A stretch of DNA of 64,000 nt. It comes from a virus. The position numbers and the translations under genes are program-made. The notes below the pieces were generated by a model that saw only the letters and a program-made list of their open reading frames with translations, searched no databases and was not told the origin of the DNA. The DNA is taken from positions 1-64,000 of IMG/VR virus record IMGVR_UViG_3300037461_001787; one strand, 5' to 3'. Within the stretch, counting starts at the first letter, position 1. Every line of letters begins with the position of its first letter. This document shows positions 19,936 to 30,200 of this stretch, one piece after another.

Positions 19936-22900
19936 ATGCGCCTTGAGCTACAGGCTACTCCGGAAGAGATCCGGGAAAAGTCGGGTCAGTTGTTAGAGCG
20001 CTTGGGCGAGCTGTTGAGCGGCGACGTTCCAGAATTTACGGATGCGCTGGAAAAAGCGTTGCCGGCAAAAGAGCAAGAGCTGAAGTATCCAGTGCTGCGC
20101 GAGCTGGCGGCAAAGTCGCGTGAGTTGTACGCTCATCAGGTGGATCGCATGATCCGAGAGATTGCCGAGGTCATCGACGAGGCAGTGGACATCCAGAAAT
20201 CGATGGAAGCTGATTTTCTGGAAAAAGGTGGGCCGTATATAGGCCCCAAAGGCGGGAAGTGGGCTGACCCGCAGCACACCATCCATTGGACGGGCGATGA
20301 GTCCGAGCAGTCGCGGCAGATGGCCCAGCATTCAGGACCTCCTGAAGGGGTCAAGCCGCTACCCGACGAAGCGGCCAAGGCGTTGCTCATTTCCATGGGT
20401 GATCTGCTTTACGGCTTGCAGCATGGGCTGCACAACATCCAAGATGATTCTGGATTCAATCATTACGATTTTAGTTATTGGCACAGTGTCCGCGGAAATC
20501 TTTCTGGAATGCGCAAGATGCTCAAAAAGTACAAGGGGCAGATCGATTCGCATCTCGGATCCAAGGCATACTATGAGGCTGGCCTCCACCTGGTCGAAAA
20601 AACCACGGGGGTCAAAGTACAGCCCCAGTACCATGCGACCTTTGGTTCATTGATGCTGCCTTTGGATGGGTATTTCAAAGGTGACTTCAAACAGTATTGC
20701 AGTGCGGTGAAGGCGTATGGGGCGCAGTTCGACGGCAACAAGAAATGCTTTTTCATCCCCAAGCTCAAGCTCGCCGGTTTTGATTTTGCCGCGTACAAAG
20801 CGGACATGGCGAAATTCGGCATCGAGGTAGCCGATCCCATCGGGGTGCCAGCCAAGCCCAGTACGTCTGGGGAAGTTGCGATTCCGCATGCGGCTCCGTC
20901 TCCGTCTGCGCCCAAAAGCGTGGAAGAGATTATTTCTGGAATTCACTCCAACCATGTCAAGGACACGATCGTAGTGCGGTTGCGTGAGGATGGGATTTTT
21001 GAGTTTCACTCGCCTTACGCACCTGCGTTCAATGCGTTGTTTGCAAACAAGGGCGGGCAGCTTTCTGGAATTACCAAATACAATCCTATCACCCATGCGC
21101 GTGAGACCTTCGATCTCGATCTCACGGAAGAGGCCATTGAGAAACTCAAAGCGCTTTTCCCGAAGTGGAAGATTGTCACGCAGGGCGTGAAAGAAGCGCG
21201 GATCAAACGCGATCAGGAGATCGCGGAACTGCAAAAGCCTATTCCTGAAGTGCAGGAGAAGTTGGATCCGGCGTTCAAGCTGATGAGTTACCAGAATGAG
21301 GGCGTGCGTTTTCTGGATAAGGCAGATGGCAATGCACTTATCGGTGACGAAATGGGGTTGGGGAAAGCGGCGAGTGTGGATGAACGTATCCTCACGCCGC
21401 AAGGGTGGAAACGGTTCGGGGATTTGCAGGTGGGGGATGAGGTCATCGATCCTGAGACGGGAAAGGCTGCTCGGGTAGCGGGTGTCTACCCCCAAGGCAT
21501 GCGAGAAGTTTGGGAGCTTGCCACCAAGGACGGGGAGACCATTGAATGCGATGCAGAGCACCTCTGGCATGTTTACACTGCGATGGATCGCTACAGAGAG
21601 AACGGCGGGAAGGTGCTCACTACCGCCCAGCTTTTGGCGGAGGGGGTGCGCACGGGTCACGGTAAGGGGCAGTACCGCTGGTATCTGCCAGTAGCGGTGG
21701 CGCAGGAATTCGAGTTTCGGGGGGCGCTGCCAGTGCCTCCGTATGTGCTGGGGGTGCTCATCGGGGATGGAGCGATAGCGCATTCGGCAGTGGGGTGGAC
21801 GAAACCGGATGTAGAAATCGTCGATCGGGTAGCGTCCCTTCTCCCAGAAGGTTGTGCGGTTGCGCCGCATGAAGTGGCTCCAGATAAGTGCCCGACCTGG
21901 GGCATTTCTGGAATCGGGGGGAAGAACGCGATACTTGATGGGCTGAGGGAGCTGGGGTTGCAGGGATGCACGTCGCTGGAGAAGTTTATTCCAGAAAGAT
22001 ATTTATTCGCCTCGATTGAAGACCGCAAGCAATTGCTCGCAGGCCTGATGGACACCGATGGGGATACACCAGTAGGGGCAACGTGCATCTATAGTACCTC
22101 GTCCAAGCGGCTGGCAGAGGATGTGATTTTTCTCGCCCGGTCATTGGGGTGTATGGCTTCTCTTTCCACCAAGAAGGCTCCCCGCTACCGCCACAACGGA
22201 GAGGTGCGAATCGGCCAACCGAGCTACCGGGTCAATATTCGCGCAGCGTTCAATCCGTATTTTCTGGAACGTAAGGCTGAGCATTGGGAGGAGTCCAGTC
22301 TGGCGCGGCCAGTGGCAGACATTCGACGCACTGATCGGCAAGTGGAAATGCAGTGCATTGCCGTGGAATCAGTGAACAATACCTTTATCCTTCACGGCCA
22401 CGTCGTCACGCACAACACCATCCAGACGCTTGCCTGGGCGGCGAAGAACAACAAAAAGGTGCTGGTGGTTTGTCCGAAAGTTGTGCGTAAGAATTGGCTG
22501 GAAGAGGCCCATAAGTTTTTTCCTGAGCACTTCAAGGGTGCCGAGCTTGTTGCTGCACAGCTCAAGAAAGGGCAGGTGCCGGACCTTTCCGATGTCAACA
22601 TCGCCACGGTCAACTACGAGTCGCTTTCCAAGTTCGAAGAGGCGATCAAGGCAGCGGGATTCGACACGATCGTGATCGATGAAAGCCACCGGGCAAAAAA
22701 TCCGAAAGCGCAAGTGACGCAGAATCTCCAGAAAATCGGTGCAGGGATGAAGCACCATATTCTGCTTTCTGGAACGGCGATCAAAAACAAGAAGGAAGAG
22801 CTATTCACGCAGCTCGATATGGTCGCGCCGGGGAAATTTACCAAGAATGCGATCAAGACGGCTTCGATCGGCGGTCTGTGGCTGGACATGCATGCGTTCT

Positions 22901-25371
22901 ATCTTGCCCGGGCGAAGGCCACGGTGCTCAAAGATTTGCCTGAGAAAACCACTTCGATCGTCAAACACCCGGTGGTGGGATTGCCTGACATGGGCGATGA
23001 GAATTCGGTTGGAGCGATCAGCAAGCTCAAGGCGGAAATCGCCAAGGGCAAGGTGCCGGTGACCAAGGCGATGGTGCAGGAGATCCTGGATACCTCGGAT
23101 TCGCATGTCATCGTCTTCACCGATTCGGTTGAGGCGGCCAAGCAGATCCAGGAGGCTTTCGGCGATGAGGCCATCTTGCATCACGGGCAGTTGAGCGACA
23201 AAGATCGCGATGCGGCGGTCAAAGAGTTCCAGAAAAAGGATGAGGCCGGAAACTTCATTTCGAAAAAGCGCGTCTTTGTCACCACTCGCCAGTCGATGGC
23301 GGTTGGCGCGACGTTGACGGCGGCCGATAAGGTGGTTTTCAACGATCTGCCTTGGACTGCGGCGGATGTCAGGCAGGCCGAAGATCGTGCGCATCGCATC
23401 GGGCAGAAGAATGCGGTCAATGTTTACTGGATGACCGCTGAAGGAAATCTGTTCGATGAAAACGTGAACGACATTCTCAAGCGCAAGTATGAGCTAGGGC
23501 AGAAGCTCAATCAGGGCAAGCAGCTCACTGCGGCAGAGATGGAGTGGATGAGCAAGCCCATTACTGCTGCGGAGTTGCTGGCGCAGATCCACGGCCAGGC
23601 GGCGGGTCCGAAAGAAGGGGCAAGTGCGGAGGGAGCAGAGGAGCCCCCCGCTCCTCAGGTTCCAGCTGCGGAGGATATGGCGCACCCCGAGCTGGCTCCA
23701 CCATTGCCCGAGCCGCAGGAGACGCCAAGTGAGACGCTGCCTGGCTCTGCGGTGGTCATCGACGTGCCGATGCCTGAGCTGGTTGCAGCTGCTCCAGTTC
23801 CAGAAAAGCTGAAGGAGCCTGTGCCTGAGCCGGTTCCAGAAAAACCGAAGGAGCCTGTCAAAGTACCTGTTGCGGAACCTGAGCCGGTAGCGGAGCCAAC
23901 ATTGCTTGGCCCTGGTTCCGCGCCGGTTCAGGTATCTTTTGAGACGTTCATTGGCAAGCATGGCGTGAAGATCCGTGAGCATAAATCGGATCCGACGAAG
24001 GTGATGATCAAGGTTCCGAAGCACGAGAGTGTGGCATTGGAGAAGCTCAAAGACTACGGGGTGACCGAGACGCCTTTCGAGGGCGGGCAGTATCACTTGA
24101 TCGCGACATCAAAGCAGAAGGTCAAGGATCTGCTATTCGCCAAGTCGTTTTCCGCTTTTCTGGAATGGGATGTCCCGGTGCAGCTCAATCTGTTCAAAGC
24201 CGCTGCGGTCGGTGGCCCGTTCATCGGACCGCGCGGCGGCAAGTGGGCGGACCCTGAGCACACCATCTCTTGGCAGGAGGGCGGCGGGCAAACTCCGGTC
24301 GCGGCTGGGCAGCAACCTGAGTCGCCAAAGCCTGCGGCCGAGTCTCCACCCATTTTCTGGAACGCGGAGCAGAATATCGAGCCTTACGTGGGCGCGACCT
24401 TCACTCCGGATCCGACGCATGACGCAGATGGGGATGGGGTGGCCGATGCGGCCCGCGTGGGCGTGCCGGCATTCCAGGTTCCGCCGTTGCCCCCGATTGG
24501 GCGGTTGCCCAATTTGACCGCGGCTGAGCGCGAGATGGAGGACAAGTTTGCATCGACCTACGAGCAGTACCCGGAAGAAATGGCGGACGCCTTCTATCAG
24601 GAGGCGGCAAAAAACAACTACGTCTTTGAGACGGACGCGGCCAAAGCGCTCATGCCTGAGTGGAGTCGTCCTGATTTGCCTCCTGATCAAAAGGGACAAC
24701 CGATCAATCCAGAGCGCGCCCAAACGCGGGCGCTGTTCAACACGGCGATGCACCAGACGGCCAATGCGATCGCCAAGCGCGCGTTCATCAAGCGCCTAGA
24801 TGAGATCGCGAAGATGCCTCCCGAGAAGCGGACCATCCTGGTCACTTCCGGCGGGGTTGCTGGCGGCAAGGGCTCAGCGCTGGCTGCCAAGCCAGAACTT
24901 GCCCAGTCGGTCTCGGCGACCTGGGATGCCGCGGGGGAACAGAATGCTACTGAGAATCCATGGCTGCTCGCCGAATGCGAGAAGCGGGGAATCAAGCCTG
25001 TGTTTCTGTTCGTCGCTGCGGACCCAGCCAAGACTTGGCCTGGGGCTGTCGAGCGCGCCAAAGGCATTGGGCGCATGGTCGATGCCCGGGTGTTTGCGGA
25101 TTCCTATGCGCATGGGGCGAAGAACTTTGCTGCTTTTCATGAGAAGAACAAAGATCGTGCGACTTTCATCTTTGCGAAGGCAGCGAAGGGCCAGCCGGCA
25201 CAATTTTTGGACAAGATGCCTCCCGAGGCGCTCTCGACTTCTGCGGACCAGGTTTACGAGGACGCCATGCAGTATGTCGAGAAAAACAAGGCTTCGCTGC
25301 CCCCGCACATTGTCACGGGAGCTACCGCGGGCCAGCGCATTTGGGGTGCGGCAGGAGGAGCGAGCGCATGA
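19936..25371 (+). CDS. polyvalent protein: SNF2-family helicase (intein-split) plus C-terminal zeta-toxin-like P-loop kinase
   Basis: YQ.EG, GDEMGLGK[intein]T, DESH, LSGT, RAHRIGQ helicase motifs; second P-loop TSGGVAGGKGS...RA..IGRMV; two copies of the GPxIGPxGGKWAD tag. Confidence 0.88.
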   Translation: MRLELQATPEEIREKSGQLLERLGELLSGDVPEFTDALEKALPAKEQELKYPVLRELAAKSRELYAHQVDRMIREIAEVIDEAVDIQKSMEADFLEKGGPYIGPKGGKWADPQHTIHWTGDESEQSRQMAQHSGPPEGVKPLPDEAAKALLISMGDLLYGLQHGLHNIQDDSGFNHYDFSYWHSVRGNLSGMRKMLKKYKGQIDSHLGSKAYYEAGLHLVEKTTGVKVQPQYHATFGSLMLPLDGYFKGDFKQYCSAVKAYGAQFDGNKKCFFIPKLKLAGFDFAAYKADMAKFGIEVADPIGVPAKPSTSGEVAIPHAAPSPSAPKSVEEIISGIHSNHVKDTIVVRLREDGIFEFHSPYAPAFNALFANKGGQLSGITKYNPITHARETFDLDLTEEAIEKLKALFPKWKIVTQGVKEARIKRDQEIAELQKPIPEVQEKLDPAFKLMSYQNEGVRFLDKADGNALIGDEMGLGKAASVDERILTPQGWKRFGDLQVGDEVIDPETGKAARVAGVYPQGMREVWELATKDGETIECDAEHLWHVYTAMDRYRENGGKVLTTAQLLAEGVRTGHGKGQYRWYLPVAVAQEFEFRGALPVPPYVLGVLIGDGAIAHSAVGWTKPDVEIVDRVASLLPEGCAVAPHEVAPDKCPTWGISGIGGKNAILDGLRELGLQGCTSLEKFIPERYLFASIEDRKQLLAGLMDTDGDTPVGATCIYSTSSKRLAEDVIFLARSLGCMASLSTKKAPRYRHNGEVRIGQPSYRVNIRAAFNPYFLERKAEHWEESSLARPVADIRRTDRQVEMQCIAVESVNNTFILHGHVVTHNTIQTLAWAAKNNKKVLVVCPKVVRKNWLEEAHKFFPEHFKGAELVAAQLKKGQVPDLSDVNIATVNYESLSKFEEAIKAAGFDTIVIDESHRAKNPKAQVTQNLQKIGAGMKHHILLSGTAIKNKKEELFTQLDMVAPGKFTKNAIKTASIGGLWLDMHAFYLARAKATVLKDLPEKTTSIVKHPVVGLPDMGDENSVGAISKLKAEIAKGKVPVTKAMVQEILDTSDSHVIVFTDSVEAAKQIQEAFGDEAILHHGQLSDKDRDAAVKEFQKKDEAGNFISKKRVFVTTRQSMAVGATLTAADKVVFNDLPWTAADVRQAEDRAHRIGQKNAVNVYWMTAEGNLFDENVNDILKRKYELGQKLNQGKQLTAAEMEWMSKPITAAELLAQIHGQAAGPKEGASAEGAEEPPAPQVPAAEDMAHPELAPPLPEPQETPSETLPGSAVVIDVPMPELVAAAPVPEKLKEPVPEPVPEKPKEPVKVPVAEPEPVAEPTLLGPGSAPVQVSFETFIGKHGVKIREHKSDPTKVMIKVPKHESVALEKLKDYGVTETPFEGGQYHLIATSKQKVKDLLFAKSFSAFLEWDVPVQLNLFKAAAVGGPFIGPRGGKWADPEHTISWQEGGGQTPVAAGQQPESPKPAAESPPIFWNAEQNIEPYVGATFTPDPTHDADGDGVADAARVGVPAFQVPPLPPIGRLPNLTAAEREMEDKFASTYEQYPEEMADAFYQEAAKNNYVFETDAAKALMPEWSRPDLPPDQKGQPINPERAQTRALFNTAMHQTANAIAKRAFIKRLDEIAKMPPEKRTILVTSGGVAGGKGSALAAKPELAQSVSATWDAAGEQNATENPWLLAECEKRGIKPVFLFVAADPAKTWPGAVERAKGIGRMVDARVFADSYAHGAKNFAAFHEKNKDRATFIFAKAAKGQPAQFLDKMPPEALSTSADQVYEDAMQYVEKNKASLPPHIVTGATAGQRIWGAAGGASA
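21367..22416 (+). mobile_element. class 3 intein with LAGLIDADG homing endonuclease, inserted in the helicase Walker A motif (GK|T)
   Basis: Starts with Ala; block B CDAEHLW, block F MQCIAV, block G VVTHN followed by Thr+1; LGVLIGDG and LAGLMDTDG endonuclease motifs; 350 aa. Confidence 0.92.
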
Positions 25372-26699
25372 AGCATGAGCCGCAGAACGGTACGCGAGTA
25401 GATGGCTCCACTGTCGAGCAGATCAAAAAGTTCTTCGCTGCGGGATTGGCCGCTGTGGACGCCGATCCGCAGAAGTACATCGAATGGGAGCGCGACCGCG
25501 ACAACAACACTCCGCCTTTTGTTCCGCCCGGGCAATCGAGCCAGCCGTTGAAAAAGTCGGGGCCCTATGTGGGGCCGAAAGGCGGTCTCTGGGCCGACCC
25601 GCAGCACACTCAGCATTGGAGCCCTACGCCAATTTCTGGAACGCTTTCGACCTGGGCGCAGCAGTTGGGCGGTAAAGTCGTGCCGCACAAAAGTAACCCG
25701 AGTTTGGTGGTTGTGAAAATTCCCCATGCGCAGGCCAAGGCACTTGCGCAATTCAAGCAGAGCCAAGGGATCGAAGCTCCGATCATTCCTGGCGGGAATT
25801 ATTTGCTCTTGATGTTACCTACGACCTTTCAACCTGCATTGAAGGGAGCGCACGGTGAACAGTCAACAAAGGCGAAAAGCGTTGCGGGAGAAGTACCATC
25901 TCCGAAAGCACCAGCTGGCCCAGATCCGATATCGGGATCCGGATCCGGCGCCGGTGCCGCTCACCCCGGCCATCAAACCCTTGATCACTTCTCCGGTGCA
26001 GCGGACTCGCTGGCAGAGGCTCATGCTTGGGTGGCTGAGCGGGCTCCACATTTGGATGTCCATTATCCAGACTTGGCTACCGCCAATGCGACGAACAAAG
26101 CCCTGAGCGAGCAGCATCCCGAAGTGGTTAAGCATTTGCGCTTTCTCGGCACCCCGGAACAGTTGCACGTTTGGGCAAAAAAGCATCCAGAAGAAAACCA
26201 GATTGCGCTTTCTGGAAATCATCCGATGGATTTGACCAAGAGCAGCCCGCTTGCGAGCGCATGCATTGCGCTTGCTCATCCTTACGATCAAAAGCCGTAC
26301 AAACGCTCGGTGATGTTGGTACAACCGAAATTTTTCAATGAAGGGTACGCTACTGCGACCAAACTGGATAACCATTTCACTGTTGGGCAAGGGCTCATCT
26401 CGACTATTCGCCATGAGTGCGGTCACGTTGAGGCATTTGTTCTTCGCCATCTGCGGCCAAAGGGGGCGAAGCTCTCTTGTTGGGAAATCTGGAAAAAGCA
26501 TTGCGTCCCTCAGCTCAAGCAGAACAAGAAAGCGCTCATGCAATCGATTAGCGAGTATGCTGCGACCAATCCGCATGAGTGTTGGGCAGAGGTCTCGGTA
26601 GCGCGACGGAGTGGATTGCCTTTGCCCGAATGGGTGCACAAGGCCATTGCCGAGATGCAAATCGATAGCGCAAAGTGGCATGAGTTGCGCCATGAGTGA
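25368..26699 (+). CDS. zincin-like metallopeptidase effector (MPTase type) with tag motif
   Basis: HECGH plus ISEYAATN.HE.WAE; LKK|SGPYVGPKGGLWADPQHTQHW tag; ATGA overlap and GGAGG RBS. Confidence 0.82.
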   Translation: MKHEPQNGTRVDGSTVEQIKKFFAAGLAAVDADPQKYIEWERDRDNNTPPFVPPGQSSQPLKKSGPYVGPKGGLWADPQHTQHWSPTPISGTLSTWAQQLGGKVVPHKSNPSLVVVKIPHAQAKALAQFKQSQGIEAPIIPGGNYLLLMLPTTFQPALKGAHGEQSTKAKSVAGEVPSPKAPAGPDPISGSGSGAGAAHPGHQTLDHFSGAADSLAEAHAWVAERAPHLDVHYPDLATANATNKALSEQHPEVVKHLRFLGTPEQLHVWAKKHPEENQIALSGNHPMDLTKSSPLASACIALAHPYDQKPYKRSVMLVQPKFFNEGYATATKLDNHFTVGQGLISTIRHECGHVEAFVLRHLRPKGAKLSCWEIWKKHCVPQLKQNKKALMQSISEYAATNPHECWAEVSVARRSGLPLPEWVHKAIAEMQIDSAKWHELRHE

Positions 26700-26976
26700 C
26701 ACTCCAGTGCATTGCGCAGATGGCTGCCCGGCATGGGTTGCTGAAGGTTACGTGCCTGGATGCCGATTCTGGAATACGGTGAACCGTTCAAATGCTACAG
26801 TCTGCAAGATGCGCGACGTGATGCGGGTGATGGAGCAAGGATTGAAGGTGCTCCAGTTTTTGGCTGGTGGAGAGGAGAGCGAGTTATGCAAACAAGCCAA
26901 TGTGGCAGCTGTGCTAGATACCGTGGCGCGCTTTCGTGCGATCGATACCCCACCGGTATCCCCGAAGACATCTTGA
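26692..26976 (+). CDS. hypothetical Cys-rich protein
   Basis: Overlaps the peptidase stop codon; also overlaps the next ORF by about 90 nt. Confidence 0.35.
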   Translation: MSDTPVHCADGCPAWVAEGYVPGCRFWNTVNRSNATVCKMRDVMRVMEQGLKVLQFLAGGEESELCKQANVAAVLDTVARFRAIDTPPVSPKTS

Positions 26977-27209
26977 CCGGGGCGCAATCGGACGATGAAG
27001 GGTATCTACCGATCACAAGCTTGGAGAAGGCTTTCGAGGATTTCACGATGCCGATTGTCGAGCGAGATGGCGCGCTTTACGCGCGGGTCAAGCAAGTGCT
27101 TTTGAATTTGGGGTACCAGGAGAGTGATTTTCTGGAAGGCGGAGTGCTAGAGGGGTTTTCGACCAACCAGCTTCTGGAGATTTGCGACAAGGCGCGCGAC
27201 GCGAGGTAA
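26886..27209 (+). CDS. small CxxC...C..(Y/F)P.GIP..I protein
   Basis: GAGGAG RBS; QCGSC...CDRYPTGIPEDIL motif, which I recall from genes next to MuF/peptidase genes; contains LEK|A. Confidence 0.65.
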   Translation: MQTSQCGSCARYRGALSCDRYPTGIPEDILTGAQSDDEGYLPITSLEKAFEDFTMPIVERDGALYARVKQVLLNLGYQESDFLEGGVLEGFSTNQLLEICDKARDAR

Positions 27210-27212
27210 GCC

Positions 27213-30200
27213 ATGCTATTGACCCCCGAGCAGTTGCAGAAAATTTCGGCCATTGTGGAAAAGTACCACAACGCCTTTATCGTCTCAGCCATTGGGCCCG
27301 AGGCCGTTCCGCCTGAAATTTTGCAAGCGTTGGAGAAAGAGGGGCTCATCGAAGGGCATCTCAATTCGATTGAACAGGCTTATCTTTATGGCCAGATTTT
27401 GGGGATGATCCAAAACAACGCCACAGCCAAGATGGGATTCGATGCTTTCCAGAAATATCTGCGACAGCATCCGGTACCGCTCTCGGAGCCTGAGCAGCGG
27501 GCGGTGAAGTTTGCGCAGCTTCAGGCGGCGGGGTACATCAAAGGCCTGGGCAACAAGGTGAGCCAGACGACTGGGCAGTTGCTGATCAACGCGGATAAGG
27601 CGCTAGAAGCAAAGCTCCAGAAAATTGTGCGTGATAAAACCGCCGAGAATATCGCCAAGCGGGAGACGGCCAAGCAGCTGAAAACGGATCTCGGTTGGGC
27701 CAGTGAAGACTGGACCCGTGATTGGGACCGAATCGCAGTGACGGAAAAACAGAATTCCATGCAGTTCGGCATGGCTGATCATTTGGCGAGTCGCTTTGGC
27801 CCCAAGGGATTGGTGGCCAAGCGCACCATGCCCGACGCCTGCAAGCATTGCAAGCGGCTCTACGATGGACCCGACGGCAATCCGCGCATCTTCCCGCTGT
27901 CGGTGTTGCTCTCGAACGGCACCAACGTGGGCAAGAAGGTCAATGATTGGCAGGCGGTCATCGGAACGGTCCATCCCCACTGTGCGGTCATCGGGACGAT
28001 GGTGCAGACCCCGCATGGCGAGATTGCGATTGAGCGTTTGGCGCCGGGCGATAGTATTTTGACCCGCCACGGTGTTGGCGTGGTGAGCCACGCTTGGCGA
28101 TCGTGGTACGAGGGGCAGATTGTGGAGCTGACGCTTTCGACCGGGCGGGTGTTGCGGGTGACCCCCAATCACCTGCTATTTTGCATGCCCGAATGGCGCG
28201 AGGCAGGTTCGCTGAAAGCAGGGGGTGAGTTGCGCGAATTGACCGACAGCTCGATTGGGAAACTGTCCACTATACTCAACACGCGCAAGGTTCCAGCCGG
28301 TTTCGACAAATTCGATTCCGCGGCGGTTTTGCATGGCTTTGCTGCGAATGAGGTGCCAGTTACGGTCATCTATCTGGATGGTGAGTTTTATTTGCGTGAA
28401 GGCCCGATTGACATGGAGAATGTTGAGTGGGTTGCGGGTGACCGGCGAAAAGGCAAGGAGCTGCGGGTTGCGGAGCAACCTGCATTCCGTTTTCGTTTTC
28501 ATCCCACCACTGAGGGATTGCGCACGGGGGATCAAGTTTTCTCGCGAGTTTCGCTTTCGGCGCTAGGAAGCATAGGGTGCTTCCAGGAAGCTCTCATCAC
28601 TTTTTGTCCCGAGTTCTGGGGTGCACGCGATAGCGTAGCCACCTCCCGAGACCTCCAGCCTGCGGCTTATCGCTTGCACGGGGCGCAGCTTCTCAAAGTG
28701 CGGATGCAAGAGAGCGGGGATATTGAGTTTGATCCGGTAGGAGCGATCATCTCTGAATTCGGGCCCCATGATGCGGCCCAGTTCGTTCGCCCGGTCGCGA
28801 TTGCTGACGTTCGCGTGCTGGGCTACAAGGGCGTTGTTTACAATTTCACAGTTCCGGGAAGTCATACCTATGTGACCGAAGGCGTGATTTCGCACAATTG
28901 TCAATGTCAGCTCATCCGCGTACCGGATGGCTACGGCTTTGACGAACAAGGTGCGCTTGTTCCGGGCGGCCAAGGCGGCAAGGTGTACAAGAGCGAAGAG
29001 GCGCTTGCCCGGGCGTTGCTGCGCGAAGACGATCTCCAGAAATCGATTTCTGGAAAGGACCCTGTGATCGCGCTTTGGGAACTGCCCATCCACATCGAAA
29101 ACAAGGTGGGTACTGAGCGTATCTGGCATACCCCGGACGGGGGCACGGATTCGACTTTCATGCTTTGCGCCTACGGGGAGATCGTGGGCAGCGAAGGCGC
29201 TGATGGAGACCCGCTCGATGTTTTCATTGGCCCGGATCCCGATGCTGCGATGGTCTACATTATCGAGCAGCAAAATCCTGAAACGGGAATCTGGGATGAG
29301 CAGAAGTGCCTGATGGGCTTCTCCAACCAGGAGCAAGCCGAGGCGGCCTACCGGTTGCACTACAACCGGCCCGAGCGCTTCTACCTGCAAACCAATCCCA
29401 TGGTGCTTGACGCTTTTCAGCGTTGGGTGGGGATCAACCGTTTGGCGTCGGCCGAAGAGCGCCCGGCTGTACGGCTGGTCATTCCGTTGGGACCGAAGAT
29501 GGGGAAATCTCAAGTGCCGGCGGAAATGGGGGCTGCGGACTCCCCAGCCGGAAATCGCGCAGGCGGGCACGGCACTGCAACGAACTATCTGGTCGAGACG
29601 CCTAAGCGGCGCGTTCCAGAAAAAGGCAAAACTCCGGGCATCGATCCGACTGATTTGATCCACGATTGGACCGAAGATGAGGAAGTCGGAGACAATCTGA
29701 AGCGCGACAAGGAGGTCTACGACGTATCTGAGCCGCTGCGTAATGTCTATCCGATCCATCTTCCCGCTCAGGCAATCACCGGCCAGGATTCGGCGCGAGA
29801 AGGGACCGAAGAGCGCAGGCGGTACGTCATCGGCAATTGCGCGAAGACAGCGCTTCGCCCCCAGGATAAGGTCGAGCTGGAGAAGTCATTCGCCATGCAC
29901 GGGGTTATTGCGACGGGCCCGCGGGGAGGGAAGATCATTGGCTGGGATGGGCCCAATCCCATCTACTATCGAGAGGGGAAGGAGACCAATACCCCGGGCT
30001 GGATGCAGCGGTTGGTGAGCCACATGGGCGGCAAAATTGTTCCGCACCTTGAAAACCAAGATTTGATCGTGCTCAAGGTCGATCCCCAGCATGAGGGAGC
30101 GTTGGAGCAGATTCGCAAGCACTTCCAGGTTCAAAATCCGATTATCAAGGGCAAGCGCTACACCATTTTGGAAGTGAAAAAGACGGTGTTCGAACAGATG

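Noticed and set aside
23600-23900. Pro/Glu-rich repeats (VPEK.KEPV) in the helicase polyprotein
   Set aside because: A disordered linker, partly produced by TTCCAGAA copies.
24418-24450. DADGDGVAD as an EF-hand or calcium-binding domain
   Set aside because: A single isolated DxDxDG motif, not enough to call a domain.
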